DNA of 64,000 nt from Oscillospiraceae bacterium (GTDB lineage: Bacteria; Bacillota; Clostridia; Oscillospirales; SIG627). The notes beneath the pieces were generated by a model. That model was not told where the DNA came from. It did no database searches and saw only the letters and a program-made list of their open reading frames with translations. The stretch is from positions 132,197-196,196 of the forward strand of contig SVQW01000002.1 in assembly GCA_015065085.1 (NCBI GenBank), in the 5' to 3' direction. Made by a program: the position numbers and the translations under genes. Each line of letters opens with the position of its first letter. Within the stretch, counting starts at the first letter, position 1. Positions 46,851 through 55,157 of this stretch are shown piece by piece.

Positions 46851-47732
46851 TTACTCTCCTATGTTTATGTCAAACTCTTTTTGCAATAGCTTTATTGTAA
46901 TGCTTGTATTAAGCTCCATGGCATCAATAGGATATGTTTCCTTTACGTAGCCTCGGTAAAACTTCTTTTTGAAAAAATCCATTATATACTGCGTAGATAT
47001 GTTTTCCTTAAGCATTGCTAATATTTCCGATGCGGTAACGGTAGCACTTTCCCAAGCTTTTTTAAGGAAAAAGTCCGCTTTTTCATCACTCAGAAGTCCG
47101 TAGTGAGGTACAAGAATATGCCGTACACCCAGTTTTTCCGCTCTTTTTATGGCATCACAGGTCATTTGATACCCCACAAGATATGACGGTACCACATCAT
47201 CCTCGCCGTTATACACTCCCAGTGTTTCACAGCCTAAAAGAAGCTTTTTTGCGGGACACCAGTAACCAACCGAGCATTTTGTATGCCCGGGAAGATTGAG
47301 TACGGTAAACTCCAAATCCCCTGCCTTGACTGTGTCACCGTCGCTTACCGCCATATCAACACTCAGCTCGTCAAACAAATCCTCGTATTCCGTCACACCG
47401 CACTTGACGGCAAATTTCATATCAAGGTCACGCATAACCGCTTTTGCGGTGGGCTTTTGAAATATTTTTGCGGCATATTCCCCTGCCACAACCTTAGCTG
47501 ACGGAAAACGTCTTTTCACATATGCCGAGCCGGCGGCATGGTCGTAGTGGGAATGGGTGAGAAATATATAGTCAAGCTCTCTTTCTCCCAGAACAGCTTT
47601 TACCTTATCAGCCACAGCGTATCCCGTGAAAGCAAAGCCCGTATCATACAGTATCGCAGTCTTTCCGTCATCCAGAAGAAACGCACTGTCGCCCGGCAAC
47701 ACTCTCACATCGGTAATTTTAAAATTTTCCAT
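46851..47732 (-). CDS. MBL-fold metallo-hydrolase
   Basis: LTHSHYDHAAG (HxHxDH) and a later LPGHT motif. Confidence 0.85.
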   Translation of the reverse strand: MENFKITDVRVLPGDSAFLLDDGKTAILYDTGFAFTGYAVADKVKAVLGERELDYIFLTHSHYDHAAGSAYVKRRFPSAKVVAGEYAAKIFQKPTAKAVMRDLDMKFAVKCGVTEYEDLFDELSVDMAVSDGDTVKAGDLEFTVLNLPGHTKCSVGYWCPAKKLLLGCETLGVYNGEDDVVPSYLVGYQMTCDAIKRAEKLGVRHILVPHYGLLSDEKADFFLKKAWESATVTASEILAMLKENISTQYIMDFFKKKFYRGYVKETYPIDAMELNTSITIKLLQKEFDINIGE

Positions 47733-49070
47733 TTATTTCAAGGAGTTAAGAAGCTTCGTCATTCCCTCGACGATAATATCATCTCCGCCGGGTTTAAGAG
47801 AAGAGCTCTTTGCCTCATATCCGCCCTCATCATAAGCTTTGGTTGTCGGAACATATCCGCCGGCGGTATTTGTCAGACAGCAAAGAATGGTCTGCTCAAA
47901 GGGAGATGCTTCATTTATGCGGTTGCCGATTTCGGTAAAGGGCTCACCGCCGATACCCGCAAACACAATGTCGCCTATCTTAACCGCGGACAGATAGTAA
48001 GGGAAGGATTCGGGACCTTTTTCCAGCTTGATTATACGGCTTGCTTCTGCAACTGCAGTGGTAAGTGCCATTTCCTTGTAAGGCAGTTCGTTTGCTCGTC
48101 CCGCTGTGTACAGATCGTAAATCTTTCTCATTTCTTCAATGCGGTCGTTTTCCTGATGTGAAGGCAGGTCAACACGCGAGAAAGCATAGGAAATTTCATC
48201 TGCATTCACCTTTTCGGTAATGGAACAGATGGAAAGCACTGCACCTGCAATTATTCTGCCCATGTGCTCGGCATGCTTTATGCTTCTGGGAACGCTGTCA
48301 AAGTCAATAACCGAAATAGCACTTTCTCCGGGTGTGGGATTTACGTTAACGTGGTTTACGTCGCCTTGTGCACCCTGAAGGAAAATACATTTTGTACCGG
48401 GAACTGCTTTTTCAAGAATATCACATACAAATCCCATATAATCGGCACTTATGTACTCACCGCCCACAGAATCGGGATGTGTACCGAAGTTTACAACAAA
48501 AATATTATCTCCGCCGTCCCTGAGAATTTTTATAAGCTTAACAGTCTCGTTGGGCGTACCAAGCGCGTGGTCAATTTCGGGGTTCTTTACACCGGGGTTG
48601 GTAGCCACACTTCCGTCCTTCATACGGTAACGGCGAATAAAGGAAATATTCTTTGCCTGAGTCTGACCGATTTCAAAGGTAGATTCCTTAAGGTCGTTAA
48701 GTGCATATACCGCCGCATCACGCGCGCAGGCAACAAAAAAGTCATCATATGCCTGAGTGCTGTACAAATCTGAAGCAAAATCCTTGCCCAGCAGAGGACC
48801 TGTATGAGTGTGGGAAAGATTTATAAAAATACCGTTGCTTTCAATTCCGGTAGCTTCTACAATGGCATTTTTTATAGCATCGAAATACTTTTGAGCCAAT
48901 TCGCAAACGTCAATTGCAATAACAACCGCCTTTTTCTTGCCGTCGTCAAAGGCAACCGCTCTGGCATAAAGGTTGTCCAGTATGCCTTTTACAAAACGCT
49001 TTTCATAATAACCCACAATCGGGGCACCGTAAGGGGGATTGATACAAACCTGTGCAAAACCTGTTTTCAT
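47733..49070 (-). CDS. neutral/alkaline-ceramidase-N-terminal-like hydrolase family protein
   Basis: INPPYGAPIVGY, LYARAVAFDDG and NLSHTHTGP resemble the Ceramidase_alk N-domain pattern. Abuts the next gene with no gap. Confidence 0.65.
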   Translation of the reverse strand: MKTGFAQVCINPPYGAPIVGYYEKRFVKGILDNLYARAVAFDDGKKKAVVIAIDVCELAQKYFDAIKNAIVEATGIESNGIFINLSHTHTGPLLGKDFASDLYSTQAYDDFFVACARDAAVYALNDLKESTFEIGQTQAKNISFIRRYRMKDGSVATNPGVKNPEIDHALGTPNETVKLIKILRDGGDNIFVVNFGTHPDSVGGEYISADYMGFVCDILEKAVPGTKCIFLQGAQGDVNHVNVNPTPGESAISVIDFDSVPRSIKHAEHMGRIIAGAVLSICSITEKVNADEISYAFSRVDLPSHQENDRIEEMRKIYDLYTAGRANELPYKEMALTTAVAEASRIIKLEKGPESFPYYLSAVKIGDIVFAGIGGEPFTEIGNRINEASPFEQTILCCLTNTAGGYVPTTKAYDEGGYEAKSSSLKPGGDDIIVEGMTKLLNSLK

Positions 49071-49117
49071 TTTATTCTCCTTATATATTAATTTTTATTT
49101 TTGCAAATCTGAGTTTT

Positions 49118-49828
49118 TCAAAACTTTGTCATGTTAAGATACTGAAAAAGTCTGTCGGGAAAATTAACTGTCATGCCGTCAACTCCAAGTGCGCACATTT
49201 TTTTCATAAGAGCTGTATTTAAAACTCCCCATGCACGTATTCCAAGACCCTTTTGACGCCATTTACGGCACATTTCTTCATCAATAAGCTCTGCCTTGGG
49301 TGCGATTTCCTCACCACCTGTTGCAATAAAGCTTTCCGTCTCTTCATCTGTGGGTACATTAGTCAGCCAGCCTGTTCTTGCACTGCTGTCAAGAGATTTA
49401 ATCTTTGCTATATAGTCAAACTTGAAAGAAGTGAATGTGGTTTTATCCATTATACCGTACTTTTTTACCAGCTCCAGGGTGTCCTTTTCCACGCCTTTGC
49501 CCTTAAGCTCAACAGCGAAGCTTATGCCGTAGCAAGAGAATTTATCAAGAAATTCTTCAAATGTAACTATTCTGTCAAAAAAGCCTGCGGTGCTGTTGCC
49601 ATATACCTTCAGCTCCTTAAGTTCATTCAGTGTAAAGTCCTCCACCCTGCCGCTGCCGTCGGTAACCCTGTCCACCGTGTCATCATGGAAAAGCACGAGA
49701 TGACCGTCCTTCGTGCGCTGTACATCCGTTTCAATTCCGTTTGCTCCCTGCAGAAGCCCAAGGTAAAACGAACAGAGTGTATTTTCCGGTGCATATTCAC
49801 TTGCACCTCTGTGTGCGTAATTTATCAT
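49118..49828 (-). CDS. glycerophosphodiester phosphodiesterase (GDPD)
   Basis: INYAHRGASEYAPENT and ETDVQRTKDGHLVLFHDDTVDR. Start set at the second ATG (49828), 8 nt after AGGAG. Confidence 0.88.
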   Translation of the reverse strand: MINYAHRGASEYAPENTLCSFYLGLLQGANGIETDVQRTKDGHLVLFHDDTVDRVTDGSGRVEDFTLNELKELKVYGNSTAGFFDRIVTFEEFLDKFSCYGISFAVELKGKGVEKDTLELVKKYGIMDKTTFTSFKFDYIAKIKSLDSSARTGWLTNVPTDEETESFIATGGEEIAPKAELIDEEMCRKWRQKGLGIRAWGVLNTALMKKMCALGVDGMTVNFPDRLFQYLNMTKF

Positions 49829-50008
49829 ATTCATTTCTCCTGAAATACTGTATAATATCCTGCAATTTTTTATGTATGCCGTTTTTCCGTTACAGCACCC
49901 GTAACGCCATCCTTCAAATAGGTGCAGCACAATCGGTACGGAAATAAAACTTTAATATATGCATCAGATAAAAACCATTCGCTTTAATTATAAAAGCTCT
50001 TTATGGTG

Positions 50009-50758
50009 TCAAATCCCTGCCAGTTTCTTAAAACATCCGAATACATATTTTGCCATGATTTCGGAAGCAAGCGGTGTGGGATGGCAGGCATCCACTCCTC
50101 CGGCAAGCCAATCGCCGTGACCGAAATTATCAGCATCGTCACTGTAATGGTCGGTCCACAACTTATGCGTATCTATCAAGTCCAGACCATATTGCCGTGC
50201 AACTCTGATTGTCGCCTCGCAATGTCCGTCCACCGACCAGTCATTATAGGTTGCCGTCATAAGTACGATAGCCGTTTCAGGGTCACGCTTTTTCACATCA
50301 TGAATAAGCTTTTTATAGTTTTCCTCGAATTGCTCCGGAGTAGTATATCTCGTCGGGTCGGGCTTAAGCGCATCATTGATACCAAACATCATAAAGGTTA
50401 CGTCAGATTTTCTGCCGTTAGCAAGAATACCTGTAAAATCATCAATTCTGTTGTGGGCACGGGTAAGAGTGTTTCCGCCTATTCCGTTTCTTATCACATC
50501 GATTCTGCCCGAAGCACCGTCAGAAACCAATATGGGACCGTCAAAGTACTTCATGGGCAGAAGTCCGTTTTCGCAAATTCCGTCGTATCTGAAAACCTTG
50601 TGTCCGTAAAAATGCTTGCTCAGTTCAACTGCGAATTTCGCAACATATGTTTCCTCCGCACGGCAGTGTTCAGTTCCTAACGTAATACTGTCACCTACAA
50701 AATTCAACGTGATGTGCTCACCGTTTTTTACAGCCTGTCCCATGTTGTAAAAGCTCAT
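50009..50758 (-). CDS. SGNH/GDSL hydrolase
   Basis: Blocks NFVGDSITLG, MFGINDA and DACHP. Confidence 0.8.
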   Translation of the reverse strand: MSFYNMGQAVKNGEHITLNFVGDSITLGTEHCRAEETYVAKFAVELSKHFYGHKVFRYDGICENGLLPMKYFDGPILVSDGASGRIDVIRNGIGGNTLTRAHNRIDDFTGILANGRKSDVTFMMFGINDALKPDPTRYTTPEQFEENYKKLIHDVKKRDPETAIVLMTATYNDWSVDGHCEATIRVARQYGLDLIDTHKLWTDHYSDDADNFGHGDWLAGGVDACHPTPLASEIMAKYVFGCFKKLAGI

Positions 50759-50975
50759 AAGCGAACTCCTTCATCTGTTTGTATTAATGTAAAAAACAAA
50801 TATCCTTCTGACTTTAACTAGTGTATCACAAAAACGTTTTAAAGTCAATCTGTTAAGTGAAAAAATATCAATTATATCGCAAAGTTGCAAAAGGCACATT
50901 GCACAACGTGACAGTTAATTATTATGCAATATTTACAAATTCATCGCTTTACTTTGATAAATTACTAAAATGCTA

Positions 50976-51005
50976 TTGCCTTTTTTTTCAAAAGTGTGAT
51001 AGAAT
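50976..51005 (+). promoter_or_regulatory. putative promoter of the amino-acid ABC operon
   Basis: TTGCCT (50976-50981), 18-nt spacer, TG-extended TAGAAT (51000-51005). Confidence 0.4.
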
Positions 51006-51041
51006 AGCTGTACAATTTTTAAGAAAGACGAGGAAAATCTC

Positions 51042-51872
51042 ATGAAGAAAATTCTTTCCATCCTTTTGGTACTTACAATGGCATTTGCTGTTCTCGGTCT
51101 GGCTTCCTGCACACAGGCACCCGTCGAGACTCCCGATGATGAAACTCCCGCAGAGCCCGACACCCTTGTTTGCGGCGTTACCATCTTTGAAAACATGAAT
51201 GAAAAAGACGAAAACGGTAACTGGACCGGCTTTGAGTCCGACTTTGCAGTAGAAGTCGGCAAGCTTATCGGCATGAACGTTGAGTTCCAGGAAATTGACT
51301 GGTCTCAGAAGTACAATGAGCTCAACTCCGGCGCTATCGACTGCATCTGGAACGGCTTCACCGCAAACTCCGCAGACAACGGAATTGCACGCTCCGAGCT
51401 CGTTGATTTCTCCTACGGCTATATGCTCAACCAGCAGTGCATCGTAACAAAGGCTGACAAGGTTGCTGAATTTGCAACTGCCGCTGACCTTGCAGGCAAG
51501 ACTGCTTGCGTTGAAGGCGGAAGCGCAGGTGCTGCTTACGCAGAGTCCGTAACCGACGCTGACAAAATCTTCGCTACCACCGCTCAGATCAATGCTTTCA
51601 CCGAAGTTAAATCCGGTGCTGTTGACTTTGCAGTAGTTGACATCATTCTTGCTCAGAACATTTGCGGAAACGGTGACTATGCAGACCTTGCTATTGTTGA
51701 AGCAATCGAGCTTGACTCTGAAATCTATGCTATCGGCTTCAAGAAGGGCAGCGAGCTTACCGCAAAGGTAAACGAAGCCATCAAGACTCTGGAAGCAAAC
51801 GGCAAGCTTATGGAGCTGGCTACAAAATACGGCTTTGAAAACGTTCTGAAGGTTTCCGAAACCATCGAATAA
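51042..51872 (+). CDS. amino-acid ABC transporter substrate-binding lipoprotein
   Basis: Lipobox LGLASC. Periplasmic-binding type-II fold pattern (FESDFAVEVGKLIG, DCIWNGFT). GAGGAAAA RBS. Confidence 0.9.
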   Translation: MKKILSILLVLTMAFAVLGLASCTQAPVETPDDETPAEPDTLVCGVTIFENMNEKDENGNWTGFESDFAVEVGKLIGMNVEFQEIDWSQKYNELNSGAIDCIWNGFTANSADNGIARSELVDFSYGYMLNQQCIVTKADKVAEFATAADLAGKTACVEGGSAGAAYAESVTDADKIFATTAQINAFTEVKSGAVDFAVVDIILAQNICGNGDYADLAIVEAIELDSEIYAIGFKKGSELTAKVNEAIKTLEANGKLMELATKYGFENVLKVSETIE

Positions 51873-51896
51873 TATTCACTTTAAAGGAAATAAATA

Positions 51897-52541
51897 ATGG
51901 GATTCTGGGATGTAAATTTAAGCCTTTTCGGCGGATTAAAATACACCTGCCTGATATTTGCGCTAACACTTGTGTTAGCGCTTCCTTTAGGTTTGGTGAT
52001 AGCATTCGGCTCAATGTCAAAATTCAAACCGCTTTCCTACCTTGTCAAAACCTTTGTATGGGTAATACGCGGCGTACCATTGATGCTTCAGGTAATCATA
52101 TTCTTCTACGTCCCCGGCTTTATGCTGGGTACACCTATACTTTCGCGTTTTAATTCCGTTATTGCGGCGTTTGTGATAAACTACGCCTGTTATTTTTCGG
52201 AAATCTACCGTGGTGGTATTGAGTCCATCTCAAAGGGTCAGTACGAGGCAGGTCAGGTGCTGGGCATGACGAAAAGCCAGATATTCTTCAAGGTTGTGCT
52301 CATGCAGGTGGTAAAACGCATTCTTCCCCCTATGTCCAACGAGGTCATAACACTTGTAAAGGATACCGCACTTGCCAGAGTTATAATGATTGTTGAAATT
52401 CTCCAGGCGGCACAGAATTTCGCTGCCTACGGTCTTATGTGGCCCCTGTTCTACACGGCTGTATTCTACCTTGCATTTGTCGGAATACTTACGCTTCTGT
52501 TCGGATATTTTGAGAGAAAGCTCTCATATTACAGAGTTTAA
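51897..52541 (+). CDS. amino-acid ABC transporter permease
   Basis: HisM/GlnP-type permease with an EAA-like loop ([24 protein letters not shown]). Confidence 0.9.
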   Translation: MGFWDVNLSLFGGLKYTCLIFALTLVLALPLGLVIAFGSMSKFKPLSYLVKTFVWVIRGVPLMLQVIIFFYVPGFMLGTPILSRFNSVIAAFVINYACYFSEIYRGGIESISKGQYEAGQVLGMTKSQIFFKVVLMQVVKRILPPMSNEVITLVKDTALARVIMIVEILQAAQNFAAYGLMWPLFYTAVFYLAFVGILTLLFGYFERKLSYYRV

Positions 52542-52552
52542 GGAGGGTATGT

Positions 52553-53347
52553 ATGGCATTTCTTAATGTTGAAAGCATAAAAAAGCGCTTCGGCTCAAAC
52601 GAGGTTCTCAAGAACATCTCCTTCAGCCTCGAAAAGGGCGAGGTGCTCGCCATAATAGGCTCCTCGGGAAGCGGTAAAACCACTCTTTTAAGATGTCTCA
52701 ATTTTCTTGAAAAAGCAGACAGCGGAAAAATAACCGTTGGTAACGAGCTTCTTTTCGACGGCGACGACAAAAACACCTTCAACGAAAAAACAATCCGCGA
52801 AAAAAGGCTTCATTTCGGTCTTGTTTTCCAATCGTTCAATCTTTTCCCGCAATATACGGCGCTTAAAAATATAACTCTTGCACCCGAAATGCATCTCGCC
52901 GAGCGTGCGTCAAAAGCAAAAATGTCTCACGCCGAAAAGCGTGCAGAGCACGATAAAATTCTGCAAAACGCAAAAACGCTTCTGGATAGTGTGGGGCTTT
53001 CAATGAAAGCAGAAGCATATCCCTGCGAGCTTTCGGGCGGTCAGTGCCAGCGTGTTGCCATCGCCCGTGCATTGGCGCTCAGTCCCGACGTACTGTGCTT
53101 TGACGAGCCCACTTCGGCTCTTGATCCTGAGCTTACAGGCGAAGTACTGAGAGTTATCAGGGACCTTAAATCCAGTGACCGCACTATGATAGTGGTTACG
53201 CACGAAATGGAATTTGCGCGCAATGTTGCCGACCGTGTTATATTTATGTCGGACGGTGTAATTGAGGAAGAAGGCACTCCCGAAGAAGTTTTTGACAATC
53301 CAAAAAGTCCCAGAACACGTGAGTTTCTCACACGGCCTGAATTTTAA
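52553..53347 (+). CDS. amino-acid ABC transporter ATP-binding protein
   Basis: Walker [10 protein letters not shown], signature [15 protein letters not shown], Walker [12 protein letters not shown]. Confidence 0.93.
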   Translation: MAFLNVESIKKRFGSNEVLKNISFSLEKGEVLAIIGSSGSGKTTLLRCLNFLEKADSGKITVGNELLFDGDDKNTFNEKTIREKRLHFGLVFQSFNLFPQYTALKNITLAPEMHLAERASKAKMSHAEKRAEHDKILQNAKTLLDSVGLSMKAEAYPCELSGGQCQRVAIARALALSPDVLCFDEPTSALDPELTGEVLRVIRDLKSSDRTMIVVTHEMEFARNVADRVIFMSDGVIEEEGTPEEVFDNPKSPRTREFLTRPEF

Positions 53348-53352
53348 ATACA

Positions 53353-53388
53353 ATCGGTATGCGTACATACGCATGCCGATTTTTTTTG
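53353..53388 (+). terminator. intrinsic terminator of the ABC operon
   Basis: 13-bp stem ATCGGTATGCGTA / TACGCATGCCGAT (one G-U pair), followed by a T-run (7-8 T). Confidence 0.8.
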
Positions 53389-53408
53389 ATTTTTTTACAA
53401 AAAGGTAC

Positions 53409-53437
53409 TTGACAAACGCATTTTTTTCTGATATAAT
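53409..53437 (+). promoter_or_regulatory. consensus sigma-A promoter driving the T-box leader
   Basis: TTGACA (53409-53414), 17-nt spacer, TATAAT (53432-53437). Confidence 0.65.
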
Positions 53438-53459
53438 ACGTGACAATATTAAACGCGTT

Positions 53460-53727
53460 GACGCGGAATAGTATGCAACAGAATTTCACCTTCAGAGAGA
53501 TGCCGTACGGTGCGAGGCATTGGGAAAGAATTGCAGAACTCACCGCCGAGCGGCTGCCATGAAAACAAGAAGTAATGACAGACGGGCGCTCCCGTAACAG
53601 AGTAAAGATGTGTTTGCATCCGAGTGCATCCTTTAAGGATGAAAAAGAGTGGTACCGCGGAAGGTTAAAAATTTTGCAATTAACGCTTTCGTCTCTTTGA
53701 AACAACAAAGAGATGAAAGTTTTTTTG
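53460..53727 (+). promoter_or_regulatory. T-box riboswitch leader, leucine-specific (specifier CUC)
   Basis: Stem I with S-turn AGUA (53470-53473), AG box AGAGAGA (53494-53500) and distal loop GGUGCGAG. Specifier loop GAA-CUC-A (CUC at 53539-53541). F-box-like CCCGUAA. Stem III CATCC/GGATG. T-box AGAGUGGUACCGCG (53646-53659). 14-bp terminator stem 53686-53719 plus T7. AAAGAG of the T-box can pair with CUCUUU of the terminator (antiterminator). Confidence 0.85.
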
Positions 53728-53762
53728 TTGTTCGGAACAATGCCGAAAGGAGTTCATATTTC

Positions 53763-55151
53763 ATGAAAAAAATCAACATTTCTGACATCACCCTGAAAAA
53801 GCTGTCTCAGAGCCGTGAGGTCTCACTGCTTTTCCGTGAAAAAACCGCCATTGCTTCAGCCGCAGACAGCCTGGGGGCGGATGCCATAGAGCTTGCACCC
53901 GTAAAAAACATCCGAGAGGATACAATAATTTATAAAACAATTTCCGCCAATATCAAAAAATCCGCCATTGCTCTTCCGGTCGGTTTCACTGTTCAGGAGG
54001 TAGAAGCAGCATGGGAATGCATAAAGGATGCGGTTCACCCGCGTCTGCAGGTGGAGCTTCCCGTTTCCACCGTTCAGATGGAATATGCTTATCATGTGAA
54101 AGCTGACAAAATGCTTGAAAAGATAGCCGAGCTGACCGCAAAAGCAAAGTCACTGTGCGAGGATGTGGAGTTATGCGCACTGGATGCCACACGCGCAGAT
54201 GAGGATTTTCTTTTAAAGGCAATAAGCACCGCTCAGCAAAACGGTGCGGGTATCATTACGGTATGCGATGATGCCGGAACAGCTTTGGTGCAGGAGATAT
54301 CGGCACTCACTGCAAAAATTAAAGCTCACACCGAGCTTCCCGTATACATTCAGGTTTCCGATGCGCTTGGTATGGCAGTCGCATCCGCTGTCGCCGCCAT
54401 CGGTGCCGGCGCAGACGGTCTTAAATGTGCAATGGCAGGCGAAAATGCACTTTCAATGGGCGCTGTTTCCAATGCTGTGGCTGCACGCGGAGACGCTATC
54501 GGTGCGAAAATTTCTCTCGAGCATACCCGTATACACGCAGGTATTGACGACCTGCTGTCAAAAATAAACCACGAAAGCTATGAAAGCGTCAACAATGTAA
54601 GCGAGAAGAAAAAAATACTTCTGGACACAGAAAGCACACTTTCCGATGTAGCTCATGCTGCATCCATTCTGGGCTATGACCTTTCGGACGAGGATGCGGG
54701 CAATGTTCACAAGGCTCTTTGTCAGGTGTGTGAGAAAAAGGGCTCGGTTGGTTCCAAGGAGCTGGAAGCTCTTATTGCAAGCTTTGCAATGCAGGCTCCA
54801 TCTACATATCATCTTGAAAGCTACACCACCACCAGTTCAAATGTTTCAAGCTCCATGTCCCAGGTAACACTTAAATGCGGCGAAGAACTGCTTTGCGGTG
54901 TCAGCACGGGCGACGGACCTATCGACTCGGTGTTCCGCGCCATTGAGCAAAGCATCGGACATCACTACGAGCTGGACGATTTCCAGATCCAGGCTGTCAC
55001 CGACGGAAAAGAGGCTCTCGGCTCCGCAGTGGTCAAGCTGAGAAACAACGGCAAGCTGTATTCCGGCAACGGTATTTCCACCGACATTGTGGCGGCAAGT
55101 ATAAGAGCTTATATCAACGCACTTAACAAGATAGTTTTCGAGGAGGCTTAA
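53763..55151 (+). CDS. 2-isopropylmalate-synthase-like protein with degenerate catalytic site and intact LeuA C-terminal regulatory domain
   Basis: Collinear with LeuA, but DTTLRDGEQ is replaced by SDITLKKLSQ, HxH...AN by IQVSDALGMAVAS, and GIGERAGNA by AGENALSMGA. The C-terminus is GDGPIDSVFRAIE...GISTDIVAASIRAYINALNKI. Start moved to ATG 53763 (AAAGGAG upstream). The track start lies inside the T-box leader. Confidence 0.8.
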   Translation: MKKINISDITLKKLSQSREVSLLFREKTAIASAADSLGADAIELAPVKNIREDTIIYKTISANIKKSAIALPVGFTVQEVEAAWECIKDAVHPRLQVELPVSTVQMEYAYHVKADKMLEKIAELTAKAKSLCEDVELCALDATRADEDFLLKAISTAQQNGAGIITVCDDAGTALVQEISALTAKIKAHTELPVYIQVSDALGMAVASAVAAIGAGADGLKCAMAGENALSMGAVSNAVAARGDAIGAKISLEHTRIHAGIDDLLSKINHESYESVNNVSEKKKILLDTESTLSDVAHAASILGYDLSDEDAGNVHKALCQVCEKKGSVGSKELEALIASFAMQAPSTYHLESYTTTSSNVSSSMSQVTLKCGEELLCGVSTGDGPIDSVFRAIEQSIGHHYELDDFQIQAVTDGKEALGSAVVKLRNNGKLYSGNGISTDIVAASIRAYINALNKIVFEEA

Positions 55152-55157
55152 TTTAAA

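Noticed and set aside
53649-53762. N-terminal extension of the LeuA-like ORF proposed by the ORF track
   Set aside because: The extension lies inside the T-box leader (T-box sequence and terminator). A good RBS precedes the internal ATG at 53763, where similarity to LeuA begins.
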